Program-made: the position numbers and the translations under genes
Notes under the pieces: model-generated
What the model saw: only the letters and a program-made list of their open reading frames with translations
Database searches by the model: none
Told to the model about the DNA's origin: nothing
NCBI GenBank assembly: GCA_016191555.1
Contig: JACPVX010000038.1
Location: 1,506-65,505 of the forward strand
Direction: 5' to 3'
Length of the DNA: 64,000 nt
Source of the DNA: Bacteroidota bacterium
GTDB lineage: Bacteria > Bacteroidota > Bacteroidia > Cytophagales > Cyclobacteriaceae
Shown here: one piece after another, positions 37,221 through 48,074 of the stretch
How the letters are laid out: each line of letters starts with the position of its first letter
Numbering within the stretch: position 1 is the first letter of the stretch

Positions 37221-38666
37221 ATGTCATTCCATCATTTTTTATCGAGCTATCAATCGCCTCCCGATACATGGGATGAAATGCAGGCGCAAGGCGAAATCAG
37301 AAAGCACTATCAGGTATTTTTAGATAGTTTGGAAAAGGCCTCGCTGGGTGATTTGACCCAGAAGGATGAACTGGCCAAAAAGCTCTTCATGAGCCAGGGA
37401 ATTACTTTCACTGTTTATAGCGATGGGGAAGGCATCGAGAAAATATTTCCGTTTGATATTATTCCGCGCATCATTACCGGTGCCGAATGGACGCACATTG
37501 AAGCGGGTATCCGTCAGCGGCTCAAAGCACTTAATATTTTTTTGAAAGACGTTTATCATGAGCAAGCCATTATAAAGGATAAAATCATTCCTGCCTCGCT
37601 CATCTACTCCTGTCCCAATTACCTGAAGGAAATGGTGAATGTAGATGTGCCATTTGATATTTACACGCACATCTCGGGCATCGACCTCATCCGCGACAGC
37701 GATGGTTCTTTTTATGTTTTAGAAGATAATTTGCGAACTCCATCAGGTGTGTCGTACATGCTCGAAAACAGAAACATGACGTACCGGATTTTTCCGGGCT
37801 TGTTGCCGAAGAACAATGTGCGTTCGGTGAAGGATTATCCGGATCTGTTGCTTAAAAATTTATTAGCACTCTCCAATCGACAAACCAGCAACCCTACGGT
37901 GGTATTGCTTACACCCGGTATTTATAATTCAGCCTACTTTGAGCACACTACCCTTGCCCGGTTGATGGGAGTGGAGTTGGTGGAAGGCCGCGACTTGGTC
38001 GTAAACGACACGAAAGTGTATATGAAAACTACAGCAGGCCTGAGGCAAGTTGATGTTATCTACCGAAGAGTGGATGATGAGTATCTTGATCCTTTGGTAT
38101 TCAACCCCGGTAGTATGCTGGGCGTCTCCGGATTGTATTATGCATATCGGGCCGGGAATGTAGCGATCATCAACGCACCTGGAAACGGTGTGGCCGATGA
38201 CAAAGCGGTCTATACATTCGTGCCGAGTATGATTCGATATTATTTGAATGAAGAGCCTATTCTCAAAACGGTACCAACCTATTACATGGATAACCGTGAT
38301 CATTTTGAGTTGGTGTTTTCTCAAGTTCGGAAAATGGTGATTAAAAAAACCAACGAAAGCGGTGGTTATGGGATGTTGATGGGGCATGCGGCTACAGATG
38401 AACACATTGCTGCCTATCGCTCGGAAGTAGAGAAAAATCCTCGCCAGTTTATCGCACAGCCGATGATTCATCTTTCATCAGTGCCGTGTTATATCAACAA
38501 TAAGATACAACCCCGCCACGTGGACTTGCGCCCATTTGCTTTGTACGGACCGCAAGGTATTGAAATTGTGCCGGGCGGATTGACTCGGGTAGCTTTGCGC
38601 GAAGGCTCACTGGTAGTCAATTCATCGCAGGGCGGTGGCAGTAAAGATACGTGGGTGTTGGGATAA
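37221..38666 (+). CDS. Circularly permuted type 2 ATP-grasp protein
   Basis: PFDIIPR, VLEDNLRTPSGVSYMLENR, GVADDKAVY, PGGLTRVAL, VNSSQGGGSKDTWV. Confidence 0.93.
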   Translation: MSFHHFLSSYQSPPDTWDEMQAQGEIRKHYQVFLDSLEKASLGDLTQKDELAKKLFMSQGITFTVYSDGEGIEKIFPFDIIPRIITGAEWTHIEAGIRQRLKALNIFLKDVYHEQAIIKDKIIPASLIYSCPNYLKEMVNVDVPFDIYTHISGIDLIRDSDGSFYVLEDNLRTPSGVSYMLENRNMTYRIFPGLLPKNNVRSVKDYPDLLLKNLLALSNRQTSNPTVVLLTPGIYNSAYFEHTTLARLMGVELVEGRDLVVNDTKVYMKTTAGLRQVDVIYRRVDDEYLDPLVFNPGSMLGVSGLYYAYRAGNVAIINAPGNGVADDKAVYTFVPSMIRYYLNEEPILKTVPTYYMDNRDHFELVFSQVRKMVIKKTNESGGYGMLMGHAATDEHIAAYRSEVEKNPRQFIAQPMIHLSSVPCYINNKIQPRHVDLRPFALYGPQGIEIVPGGLTRVALREGSLVVNSSQGGGSKDTWVLG

Positions 38667-38698
38667 TCGACTTATATGACTCGTCACGATAGTAATGT

Positions 38699-39619
38699 AT
38701 GTTAAGTAGAGTAGCTGATTCTGTTTTTTGGATGGCGCGATACCTCGAGCGCACCGATAATTTATTGCGACTCTTGCGCACAGACTACATCGCTTCGCAA
38801 GATGAATTGCTTGACTACAACTGGCAGCTGTTGGCGGATTCGTTTGGAAGCGATCGCCCAGAACAAAAAGTTAAAGTGGAAAATTACCGGCAGGCGTTGC
38901 ATCATTTGTTGCTGAGCCGACCGCATGAGTGCTCGGTGTTTACCAACATTGTTCGCGTGCGAGAGAATGCGCGCTCGGTGCAGGATTATATCACCAAAGA
39001 ACTGTGGCAGGCACTCAATGATTACTACCATCACATCTTAGAACCCAAAACCGAAAATCTGATCACTCATAATGATCCGGTAACGGCATTGGATTTTTTA
39101 CTACGCGACAGTATTATTTTCTATGGAACGCTGGACGTTACCATGAACCGAGGCGAAGGTTATACTTTTTTGAATTTAGGAAAGTATATGGAGCGCTGTC
39201 TCCAAAACTTAGAGATTGTAGAATTCAAGCGGAAGCAAATGGTGAAGGCAGAAGTAGAAACTGTGCATTGGAAATATCTACTGTATGCGCTGTCTGGATA
39301 TGAGTTTCATACCAAGTATTACAAAAATGCTTTGAATGCAAAAGAAGTTATTCATCAGGTTTTATTCAATACACAGTTTCCGCACTCTATTAGTTACAGC
39401 CTAGGGCAAATGCTGCGCTATTTTCAGCGTTTAGCAGATTTTTCGCAACCGCAACAGTTTCAGGAAATAGAAGGTTTATTGCAGAAACTGATCCATTCCA
39501 TGAACACCTATCAACAAGAATATAATATATCTGTAATTGAAAAATTAATTCCTGATATTCGCCAACAGTTTAACCATTTGAATGCCCGATTGGCAAGTGT
39601 TTATTTTGGCTATTCGTAA
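38699..39619 (+). CDS. Alpha-E domain-containing protein (DUF403)
   Basis: MLSRVADSVFWMARYLER, RENAR, LGKYMER, FPHSI. Confidence 0.92.
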   Translation: MLSRVADSVFWMARYLERTDNLLRLLRTDYIASQDELLDYNWQLLADSFGSDRPEQKVKVENYRQALHHLLLSRPHECSVFTNIVRVRENARSVQDYITKELWQALNDYYHHILEPKTENLITHNDPVTALDFLLRDSIIFYGTLDVTMNRGEGYTFLNLGKYMERCLQNLEIVEFKRKQMVKAEVETVHWKYLLYALSGYEFHTKYYKNALNAKEVIHQVLFNTQFPHSISYSLGQMLRYFQRLADFSQPQQFQEIEGLLQKLIHSMNTYQQEYNISVIEKLIPDIRQQFNHLNARLASVYFGYS

Positions 39620-39634
39620 TATTTGAAGTTTTCA

Positions 39635-40588
39635 ATGCCCCTATTTTATATTCACCACCGCACGCATTATCAGTATACCGATTGGGTGGTTGATTCAGCG
39701 AATCAAATAAAATTATATCCTTTGCATGATCAACATCAACAAGTGGTCGAACATCGGCTGGAGATATCTCATGATCCTGAAATTTTTGAGTTACCCGATT
39801 ACTTCCAAAACACATCAGGTTTTTTTACCGTTATTAAGCCCCATCAAGAACTTTCGATCGAGAGTTTTATGATTGTGGAGATGTCGAAGCAACCCTTGCC
39901 TCCACTGCAACCTGCTGCCGAGGTATGGAAGAAGTTAGCGAACGAACACGTGAAAATTCAGTTTCATGACTATCTGCGTGCTGAAGCTACTCACTATCAA
40001 TCCGCTATTGAATTAGAAGCTATTATCAGCAAACAAATTCATCCACTGGAAGAATTGCTGCGATTGTCAGATTACATCTACACCACTTTTGAATATAAAA
40101 AAGGAGTAACCACCATCGAGACAGACATTGACGAGCTGTGGAAATTGCGTGCAGGAGTTTGTCAGGATTTTGCTCATCTGCTTTTGTATATGATGCGCTT
40201 ACAAGATATTCCTTGTCGCTATGTAAGCGGATATATTTGTCCGGGTACGAGCGAATGGCGCGGAGAAGGTGCAACGCACGCATGGGTCGAGGCTTGGCTG
40301 CCCGATGTAGGCTGGGTCGGTATTGATCCCACCAACAAATGCATGGCTGGTGAGCGCCACGTTCGGTTGGCAGTAGGTAGAAGTTTTACCGATTGCACAC
40401 CCGTAAAGGGAACTTACAAGGGTTCGCTAGAACATCTTTTAGAAGTTTCAGTTCAGTTCAGCACACAGCCATTCACAGAAGAAGAACTGAAACTCAAACC
40501 ATTCACACCTGAGCAGCAAATGCGTTTCAATAAAGGAATATTTGAAACATATGATGCCTATCTGCAACGCCAGCAGCAACAGCAATGA
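39635..40588 (+). CDS. Transglutaminase family protein
   Basis: GVCQDFAH, RYVSGY, THAWVE, DPTN triad; poly-Q tail. Confidence 0.92.
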   Translation: MPLFYIHHRTHYQYTDWVVDSANQIKLYPLHDQHQQVVEHRLEISHDPEIFELPDYFQNTSGFFTVIKPHQELSIESFMIVEMSKQPLPPLQPAAEVWKKLANEHVKIQFHDYLRAEATHYQSAIELEAIISKQIHPLEELLRLSDYIYTTFEYKKGVTTIETDIDELWKLRAGVCQDFAHLLLYMMRLQDIPCRYVSGYICPGTSEWRGEGATHAWVEAWLPDVGWVGIDPTNKCMAGERHVRLAVGRSFTDCTPVKGTYKGSLEHLLEVSVQFSTQPFTEEELKLKPFTPEQQMRFNKGIFETYDAYLQRQQQQQ

Positions 40589-40785
40589 TTTAATGACTCG
40601 CGCTGCTAATTGTATTTCTGACAGTTGGCCAACTTCGAGAGCATAGACTTTTATCTCGGTAGAATTTCTTTCTTTCAACCTATTTTCATCCATCAAAAAC
40701 GAGTAGATAAGCTCCTATTCCACCTATCACATTTTTCAGATCGGCAACGGATTATCACTTATATTTATTTCCTTAACTAATTACT

Positions 40786-43700
40786 ATGATCCGTAAACCG
40801 TTATTATTGGCACTCTCCATCACTTTAGTGATTAGCGCCTCTGCACAAAAACCCAAAAAGGAAGCACTGGCTGCTGCGCCAGCTACCGACTACAACGCTT
40901 ATTTTAGTCCTGTAAAGTGGCGCAATATTGGTCCCTTTCGGGGAGGGCGCTCAGTAACAGCCACCGGTGTGGTGGGCGATATCAATACCTATTACATGGG
41001 AACTACCGGAGGCGGTGTTTGGAAAACAGACGACCTAGGTATTTCATGGAAGAATATTTCTGATGGTTTTTTTAAGACGGGATCTGTCGGTGCGATTGCT
41101 GTTTCTGAAAGCGATCCGAACGTAGTATATGTAGGCATGGGCGAACATGCCGTGCGCGGTGTGATGACGCACCATGGTGATGGCGTTTACAAATCCACCG
41201 ATGCAGGAAAAACCTGGAAAAAAATGGGTCTCGATCCTACGCAACATATCGCACGCATTGCTATTCATCCGCAAGATCCTAATACTGTTTTTGTAGCAGC
41301 CCAAGGAGCGCTTTATGGTCCTTCCAAAGTGCGTGGCGTTTATAAATCAACTGATGGTGGTAACACATGGACTAATGTGTTGTATGTAGATGACAAAACC
41401 GGATGTGTTGAGTTATCAATGGATATGAATAACCCGCGCATTTTGTATGCAGCCATGAATGAATACGGCCGTCAACCTTGGAAAGTAACAAGCGGTGGTG
41501 CGGGCAGTGGTTTGTATAAGTCAACCGATGGCGGTGCAACATGGAATAAAATTCAGAAGGGCTTGCCTACACAATTAGGTAAAATGGCGGTTGCTGTTTG
41601 TCGCTCTAATTCAGAACGCGTTTATGTGTTGGTAGAAAGTGATTCAGATAAAGAACTGGGTGGCTTGTTTGTTTCCACAAATGCAGGCGAAAGCTGGACA
41701 CGCATGACCAACGATCACCGTCTTTTGCAACGTGCGTGGTATTATATTGAACTCTTCACCGACCCATTGGATGAATTGACTTTGTATGTGATGAGTGCTC
41801 CGGCCTTAAAATCCATTGACGGAGGAAAGACATGGGAAAATATTTCAAGCACGCACGGTGATTATCACAACCTGTGGATCAACCCGCGCAATTCGAAGAA
41901 CATGATCATTTCGGATGATGGTGGTTCTGCCGTAACCGTGAATGGTGGCAAAACATGGTCTACGCAGAACAACATGCCTACTGCACAATTCTATCGCATC
42001 AATGTCGACAATCAATTTCCTTATCGCATTTATGCCGGTCAGCAAGATAACAGCTCCGTGTCGATTGCCAGTCGTGAGTTTGCTAGTGCAGGTATCTCTA
42101 CTTCCAGCTGGACTTTTTCAGCCGGTGGTGAGAGTGCATTCTTAGCATTTAATCCGGATGATCCGCGCTACGTGATGGGCGGAAGTTATCAAGGCACCAT
42201 TGATGTGTTGGATGTGAAAGCGAAAGCAAGTACCAACATCATGGCCGCGCCCATTGAATATTTAGGCCGCGATGCGAAAGACATGAAATACCGCTACAAT
42301 TGGAATGCGCCTATTATCTGGTCGAAGCATGAGCCAAATGCATTTTATCATGGATCCCAATTGCTGGTAAAAACCACTGACATGGGAATCACTTGGAAAG
42401 AAGTTTCTCCCGATTTAACCCGCAACGATAAATCAAAGCAAGGCAAGCCCGGAGGCCCTTACACCAACGAAGCGGTGGGAGCTGAGAACTACGGAACCTT
42501 AAGTTACGTGATTGAATCTCCGCATGAGAAAGGAGTGATCTATACCGGTAGCGATGACGGATATGTGTACATCACTCGCGATGGCGGAGCCTCGTGGCAA
42601 AATATCACGCCTGCAGGTTTGCAAGAATGTCTGATCAATGCCATTGAAGTATCACCTTTCGATAAGGCTACCGCATACATCGCGACTACACGCTACAAAT
42701 TCAACGATCATACACCCGGACTTTTCAAAACAACCGACTATGGTAAAACATGGACGAAGATCAACAATGGTATTCCAAACAATGCATTCACACGCGTAGT
42801 GCGCGAAGACGACAAGCGCAGAGATTTGCTTTTTGCCGGAACCGAGTTGGGTGTTTTTGTTTCCTGGAATGGTGGCAAAGATTGGTCATCGTTTCAATTG
42901 AACTTACCCATCACACCGATTACTGATTTGCGCGTGCATCAAGGCGATTTGATTGCAGCAACATCGGGTAGATCATTTTGGATACTGGATGATTTGGGTT
43001 TGATCCGTCAGTACAAAGCAGGAGAAAATGGATTTGCACTTTATCAGCCTGAACCAACCGTATTGGCGAATGCGTATAGCGAATTAGATCGTTCTACGGC
43101 TGAATTCGATGGAACACATCCATTCCGCGGAGTGAACCCCGCTACGGGCGCTGTGATGTATTATCAATTACCTGAATTGAAAGACAATGAACACATTCAA
43201 TTGGAAATAAAAGATGCAGCGGGAAATTTGGTGCGCTCTTTCAGTTCACAAGCCGATACTACGTTTCATCATTTTGATGGCGGGCCCAATGCCGATCCAA
43301 CATTATCGAAAGCAAAAGGACTCAATCGCTTTGTTTGGAATTTGCGTTACCCAACGATGGTTGGAGTTACCAACGTGTTTGTCGAGCAAAGTTTCAGTGG
43401 ACATAAAGCCGCTCCCGGCAAATATTCTGTATCATTAAAATGGAATGGAAAAGTCGCGACTACTGAATTGGAAATTCTTCCCAATCCACTTTATCCTTTA
43501 ACGGCTCAACAATACCAGGAACATCATCAGGTAATGAGCACGCTCGAAAATGACGTGAATAAAATGAGCCGATTGGTTACCATGCATTTCAATAAATTGG
43601 AGCAACTCAATCAGTTGATTGCCAATCTTCCTGCTGATGATAAATACAATGCTTTACGAAAAGAAGGTGCCGAGTTAGCGAAGCGAATGAAACTGTGGGA

Positions 43701-43965
43701 TGAAGATTTGGTACAACGTAAATCAAAAGCATATGACGACATGGAGAATTTTCCGAATAAGTTTATCACGAATTATCTATTTATGGTTAACCACGCAGAT
43801 AGTGATATTCCACGTGTGACGCAATCCACACTCGATCGTCAGAAGGAGTTGAATGCAGAATGGTCAACACTGGAAGCTCGTGTAAAACAAATTTTGGAAG
43901 TAGATCTTCCGGCCTACAATAAGAAATTATGGGATGCAGGAATTGGAGGCGTATGGATGAAGTAG
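40786..43965 (+). CDS. VPS10/sortilin-like BNR-repeat beta-propeller protein (putative glycosyl hydrolase)
   Basis: Signal peptide; [11 protein letters not shown]; many S.D.G.TW Asp-boxes. Confidence 0.9.
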   Translation: MIRKPLLLALSITLVISASAQKPKKEALAAAPATDYNAYFSPVKWRNIGPFRGGRSVTATGVVGDINTYYMGTTGGGVWKTDDLGISWKNISDGFFKTGSVGAIAVSESDPNVVYVGMGEHAVRGVMTHHGDGVYKSTDAGKTWKKMGLDPTQHIARIAIHPQDPNTVFVAAQGALYGPSKVRGVYKSTDGGNTWTNVLYVDDKTGCVELSMDMNNPRILYAAMNEYGRQPWKVTSGGAGSGLYKSTDGGATWNKIQKGLPTQLGKMAVAVCRSNSERVYVLVESDSDKELGGLFVSTNAGESWTRMTNDHRLLQRAWYYIELFTDPLDELTLYVMSAPALKSIDGGKTWENISSTHGDYHNLWINPRNSKNMIISDDGGSAVTVNGGKTWSTQNNMPTAQFYRINVDNQFPYRIYAGQQDNSSVSIASREFASAGISTSSWTFSAGGESAFLAFNPDDPRYVMGGSYQGTIDVLDVKAKASTNIMAAPIEYLGRDAKDMKYRYNWNAPIIWSKHEPNAFYHGSQLLVKTTDMGITWKEVSPDLTRNDKSKQGKPGGPYTNEAVGAENYGTLSYVIESPHEKGVIYTGSDDGYVYITRDGGASWQNITPAGLQECLINAIEVSPFDKATAYIATTRYKFNDHTPGLFKTTDYGKTWTKINNGIPNNAFTRVVREDDKRRDLLFAGTELGVFVSWNGGKDWSSFQLNLPITPITDLRVHQGDLIAATSGRSFWILDDLGLIRQYKAGENGFALYQPEPTVLANAYSELDRSTAEFDGTHPFRGVNPATGAVMYYQLPELKDNEHIQLEIKDAAGNLVRSFSSQADTTFHHFDGGPNADPTLSKAKGLNRFVWNLRYPTMVGVTNVFVEQSFSGHKAAPGKYSVSLKWNGKVATTELEILPNPLYPLTAQQYQEHHQVMSTLENDVNKMSRLVTMHFNKLEQLNQLIANLPADDKYNALRKEGAELAKRMKLWDEDLVQRKSKAYDDMENFPNKFITNYLFMVNHADSDIPRVTQSTLDRQKELNAEWSTLEARVKQILEVDLPAYNKKLWDAGIGGVWMK

Positions 43966-43985
43966 TGTAACAGAATTTGGATAAG

Positions 43986-44018
43986 AAAAAAGAGTCAGCG
44001 AAAGCTGGCTCTTTTTTT
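43986..44018. terminator. Bidirectional Rho-independent terminator
   Basis: AAAAAAGAGTCAGC-GAAA-GCTGGCTCTTTTTTT between convergent genes. Confidence 0.88.
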
Positions 44019-44964
44019 ATAGCCATTGACGCATTTGGATTTCTGTCATGTTGCCACCACACAAAATCGTGGCAATTTTTTGACCTTCGAATTTTTCTTT
44101 GTTTTCAAGTAGCGCAGCGATCCCTACGGCACCTGAAGGTTCAATGACTAGTCCGGTTTGTTGATGTAGCAATTTAATGGCTTGAAGAATGGAGTTTTCG
44201 CTCACGAGCAATCCTTCATCTACCCAACCCTTCATGTCATTCAGTGCTTGTGCGATGGGAACCCTCACACCAATACCGTCTGCAATAGTTTGGATAGCTT
44301 CATGTTGCACAAGTGTGTTCGTTTTCCACGATTCGATCATAGCTGGTGCGCCACTTGCTTGCACAGCAACAATGTTCGCTGTAGGAATTTTTTCTTTTAC
44401 CACACGCGCCACACCATTTAATAGCGCCCCGTTTCCCAAAGGAACTAAAACAGCGTCTAACTGTTTAAACTCATTCAACAATTCCAAGCCAATGGTAGCA
44501 GCGCCACAAAGAGTTTCAATATCCAGCCCATCTTCCACAAAGCGAAGATTATTTTTTCCTGCGAATTGACGCGCTTCTTCTTTGGCTGCATCAAAATCGT
44601 TACCGATTAAAATTACTTCTGCTCCTAATTCTTTCATTCGCTCAATCTTCAACGGATTGGCATTCATTGAAGCAAATACAAAAAGTTTTTTCTTCGCCTT
44701 TCGACAAGCATAAGCCATCGCCTGCCCAAAGTTTCCGGCACTGGCGCACACCAATTCCTGCTCCCGACTTTTGGTAACTAAAAAATCAGCTCCCCTACCT
44801 TTGAAGCATCGAATCGGATTGACGGCTTCTATTTTTAGAATAAGCGTGCAGCCTAGGAGTTTGCTCAACGGTTCGTGAATGAATTGAGGCGAGTGTAAAA
44901 ACACCGGATCAATTATCGTTGCGGCTTCATTCACCAAAGAAAGTGGTAATCGATGGGAACGCAT
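44017..44964 (-). CDS. PLP-dependent threonine/serine dehydratase family protein
   Basis: FKGRGA, ASAGNFGQ, PLGNGAL, EPSGA, CGGN; ATG 44964. Confidence 0.88.
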   Translation of the reverse strand: MRSHRLPLSLVNEAATIIDPVFLHSPQFIHEPLSKLLGCTLILKIEAVNPIRCFKGRGADFLVTKSREQELVCASAGNFGQAMAYACRKAKKKLFVFASMNANPLKIERMKELGAEVILIGNDFDAAKEEARQFAGKNNLRFVEDGLDIETLCGAATIGLELLNEFKQLDAVLVPLGNGALLNGVARVVKEKIPTANIVAVQASGAPAMIESWKTNTLVQHEAIQTIADGIGVRVPIAQALNDMKGWVDEGLLVSENSILQAIKLLHQQTGLVIEPSGAVGIAALLENKEKFEGQKIATILCGGNMTEIQMRQWL

Positions 44965-44965
44965 T

Positions 44966-46075
44966 TTATTCTTTTTCCAGAAGTGAATTAAGGGCAGTAA
45001 CCAACTCCGGAAATTTTCGGTGTGCATTGTTACATAAAATGATCAGTGTTTTGTTTTCGCCTAGGTGACGAATGATCTCTGTTTTATAGCCTGGGTTATC
45101 TCCGGTATGCAACACAATTTTGCCCTCGCCATCGGGTTTGATCTCCCATCCAAATCCGTAATACGAAAGCGAATCATTGTTCAGTTTGGCTGGAGAGAAA
45201 GCTTCTTCCAACGTTTCTTGTTTCAAAACCTGATTGGTGTACAACGCCTGATCCCACTTGAGAAGATCGAATGTAGTAGAACTGATTCTTCCGGGCCCCT
45301 TCCGATTTCCCAACCAAATGGTATAGTTGGAAGAAGGAAATGAATCGGCTCGAATAAATCTTTGTTTTTCTTCTACAAAGATGTGACCAAGCGCAAAGTT
45401 TTCGATAGCTGCTTTTTCAGCTAGCGTTCGAATGTTGGTGGAAGACATGGCTAATGGTGTGAATATGCGATTGCGGCACAACTGAATATAATCTTTTTCC
45501 GAAGCCTTCTCGGCAATGCTAGCCAACAAAACATAACCCGTGTTGCTGTAATTGTATTTTTCACCCGGAGCAAACAAAACCGGAGGATGATATTTTTTTA
45601 GATATTCCAGAATATCTTCGTTGTTGGCCACTTTACTCTTATCCCAATGCTCATCCATGATTGCCTGATAATCGGGTAAACCGGAGGTGTGGTTGAGCAA
45701 CTGGCGAATCGTGATATTCTTGTAGGGAAGATATTTTAAATACTTTTCTATCTGATCATCATAAGAAAGCAAATTCTCTTCTTTTAGCATCATGATGATG
45801 GCAGCAGTGAATTGCTTGGATACAGATGCTAACTCAAAAATGCTGGCGGTGTCTACCGGTGCTTTGGTTTCGAAATTACGAAAGCCAAATGCTTTGTGGT
45901 AAACTGGTTTGCCTTTCTTAGCTAGTAGCAATACTCCGCTAAAGTCGGGTACAGTACTCATCACTGAGTCCACACGATCAGAAAAGGTCTTGGGCCCCTC
46001 TGCAGGTTTGGGGGCACAAGCTCCAATCAACATACTGGCTCCTATGACAAAAAAAAGTTTTTGAAAGACTTTCAT
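44966..46075 (-). CDS. Serine hydrolase (beta-lactamase/AmpC-like family) lipoprotein
   Basis: SVSK, LLNHTSGL, YSN, HTG; lipobox IGAC. Confidence 0.9.
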   Translation of the reverse strand: MKVFQKLFFVIGASMLIGACAPKPAEGPKTFSDRVDSVMSTVPDFSGVLLLAKKGKPVYHKAFGFRNFETKAPVDTASIFELASVSKQFTAAIIMMLKEENLLSYDDQIEKYLKYLPYKNITIRQLLNHTSGLPDYQAIMDEHWDKSKVANNEDILEYLKKYHPPVLFAPGEKYNYSNTGYVLLASIAEKASEKDYIQLCRNRIFTPLAMSSTNIRTLAEKAAIENFALGHIFVEEKQRFIRADSFPSSNYTIWLGNRKGPGRISSTTFDLLKWDQALYTNQVLKQETLEEAFSPAKLNNDSLSYYGFGWEIKPDGEGKIVLHTGDNPGYKTEIIRHLGENKTLIILCNNAHRKFPELVTALNSLLEKE

Positions 46076-46230
46076 GGTTAGTGAATTTTTGTGTTACGAG
46101 AAAAGAATCAGAGTTGTCTCCAAGTGTTTTTGTAAGAAGCGACAAACGATCATGGTGATTTCATTTTAATTTTGGACTTTTGCAACTCGTAGCTTTCTCC
46201 AAAGTTGAATTAACTTTAAATAATGCACAG

Positions 46231-46866
46231 ATGCAAGATGCTTCACTCATTTCTCACTACTTCCCTCATTTGACAGACCGGCAGAAAGATCAATTCGCTC
46301 AATTGGGCGACTTGTATCGCGAGTGGAATGAAAAAATCAATGTCATTTCCCGTAAGGATGTAGATAATCTGTATGTGAACCACGTGTTACATTCACTGGG
46401 CATTGCTAAGGTGATGGAATTTAAACCAGGCGCTTCGGTATTGGATGTGGGAACAGGTGGCGGCTTTCCCGGCATTCCTCTGGCTATTTTATTTCCGGAA
46501 ACTAAATTTCATTTGGTAGATTCAATTGGCAAGAAAATTACCGTGGTGAATGCCGTAGCTGAGGCGGTCGGATTGACCAATATAAAAGCTGAGCAGATTC
46601 GGGCGGAGCAACTGAAAGGTAAATATGATTTTGTCGTGAGTCGTGCGGTAACGCGTATGAAAGAGTTTTACGGTTGGGTAAACAATAAAGTAAAGTCAGA
46701 GTCGGTGCACACACTTGATAATGGTATTTTGTATTTGAAAGGTGGCGACTTGGATGAGGAGATGAACGAATTGAAAAAGCCTTACAGCATGTACGACCTC
46801 ACCGATTATTTCAAAGAAGAATTTTTTGAAACCAAGAAAGTGGTTTACCTGCCTGTATTCAATTGA
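46231..46866 (+). CDS. rsmG: 16S rRNA m7G527 methyltransferase
   Basis: WNEKINVISR, HVLHSL, DVGTGGGFPGIPLAI, SRAV, LKGG. Confidence 0.95.
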   Translation: MQDASLISHYFPHLTDRQKDQFAQLGDLYREWNEKINVISRKDVDNLYVNHVLHSLGIAKVMEFKPGASVLDVGTGGGFPGIPLAILFPETKFHLVDSIGKKITVVNAVAEAVGLTNIKAEQIRAEQLKGKYDFVVSRAVTRMKEFYGWVNNKVKSESVHTLDNGILYLKGGDLDEEMNELKKPYSMYDLTDYFKEEFFETKKVVYLPVFN

Positions 46867-47236
46867 TGTGATTGCCCAAATACAATCCGGCATACGTAGC
46901 CAGTAAGCACAAAACGACACTGGCTAAAATGTAAAGAGCTCCGGATAAGTGTAGTCCGGATTGAACTAGCGAGATAGTCTCTGCACTAAACGTAGAGAAA
47001 GTGCTAAACCCTCCGCAAAAACCTATTGTCCAAAATAGACGAGAAGAATCGGATAACATTTGCTTGTGATCTGCAACTCCAATGAGCCAACCTAGCAACA
47101 GGCAAGCAAGTACATTCACGCCTAGCGTGCCATACGGAAACACGCTTGAATGTATTGACGTAATCCATTTGCCGAGCCCGAAGCGTGTTACACTTCCAAG
47201 TCCACCTCCAATAAAAATCAATGCAATTGTTTTCAT
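46859..47236 (-). CDS. crcB: Fluoride efflux channel Fluc/CrcB
   Basis: GGGLGS..R, FPYGTL.VN, GFCGGFSTFSTF. Confidence 0.95.
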   Translation of the reverse strand: MKTIALIFIGGGLGSVTRFGLGKWITSIHSSVFPYGTLGVNVLACLLLGWLIGVADHKQMLSDSSRLFWTIGFCGGFSTFSTFSAETISLVQSGLHLSGALYILASVVLCLLATYAGLYLGNHIN

Positions 47237-47970
47237 TTGTTTGGAACGTGTTGTTCGATCATACTTTTCAGTAGCTGAAATGTTTCATCTTTTAAAGTAG
47301 CAATATCTTTGGCTGAGCGCTCACTCACTTCAATGGGTTTGCCAACCACAATTCTAATTTTGCCGGGAGCAATTTGCATTTTTCCAGGCGGCATTAATGA
47401 TCCTGCTCCCAACACGACCATTGGCAACAATGGCTGATTCGTATCGAGCGCTATGCGGAAGGCGCCATCTTTAAATGGCTGCATAATTTCTTTCGTTCTG
47501 TTTTGAGTGCCTTCAGGGAAGATGAGAATCGAAATACCATATCCTAAAATCTTTTTCAGAAAGCCGATACTCTTTTTGCGGCTCTCAGCACTGGCCCGAT
47601 CTACCACAACACAAGTGGCGCGAGTAATCCAACCGAAAATGGGAATTTTCAAAAGTTCTTTTTTAGCCAGCGGTCGGAATTGCCCACGAATCGTCATAGC
47701 AATACCTGGAAGATCGAGAAATGAAGTGTGGTTGCTCACATAGATAAAAGCCTTTCCTTTCGGGATGTTTTCGCGACCGATCATTTCATAGCGAATGAAA
47801 GTCAATTTACTGAATACCCAACTCCACAATTTCATGAAGAAGTAAGTCACGCTAACCGCGCGAGCACCGAAAAATGCGGGAATAATAATGCCCGGCAAAA
47901 AAAGTATCATAAATACCGTGAAGACGATGAGCACCCAAGCGGTGTAAAGTTTAGATAGAATTGCGTTCAT
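47233..47970 (-). CDS. plsC: 1-acyl-sn-glycerol-3-phosphate acyltransferase family
   Basis: NHTSFLD, FPEGT, PFKDGAF. Confidence 0.88.
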   Translation of the reverse strand: MNAILSKLYTAWVLIVFTVFMILFLPGIIIPAFFGARAVSVTYFFMKLWSWVFSKLTFIRYEMIGRENIPKGKAFIYVSNHTSFLDLPGIAMTIRGQFRPLAKKELLKIPIFGWITRATCVVVDRASAESRKKSIGFLKKILGYGISILIFPEGTQNRTKEIMQPFKDGAFRIALDTNQPLLPMVVLGAGSLMPPGKMQIAPGKIRIVVGKPIEVSERSAKDIATLKDETFQLLKSMIEQHVPNK

Positions 47971-48032
47971 TGGTGGTTACCAGTTTTCAGTGAATGATTT
48001 GTTTTCAATTGAATGATTTATTTTTGTTTATG

Positions 48033-48062
48033 TTTAAAGTGGTCAAATTGAACCACTTTAAA
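48033..48062. repeat. 30-bp palindrome immediately downstream of the KilA-N gene
   Basis: TTTAAAGTGGT-caaattga-ACCACTTTAAA (11-bp perfect arms). Confidence 0.85.
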
Positions 48063-48074
48063 ATCCGTATATCA

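Noticed and set aside
37929-38471. Long antisense ORFs (also 20769..21260, 59003..59422, 56373..56813 and others)
   Set aside because: Shadow frames opposite well-supported genes
44966-46075. Antibiotic-resistance beta-lactamase call (also for the MBL-fold gene at 957)
   Set aside because: Motifs fit the broad serine hydrolase and MBL-rhodanese families; nothing indicates true beta-lactamase activity
47237-48030. Fluoride riboswitch upstream of crcB
   Set aside because: crcB overlaps the plsC stop, and I saw no riboswitch consensus upstream of plsC
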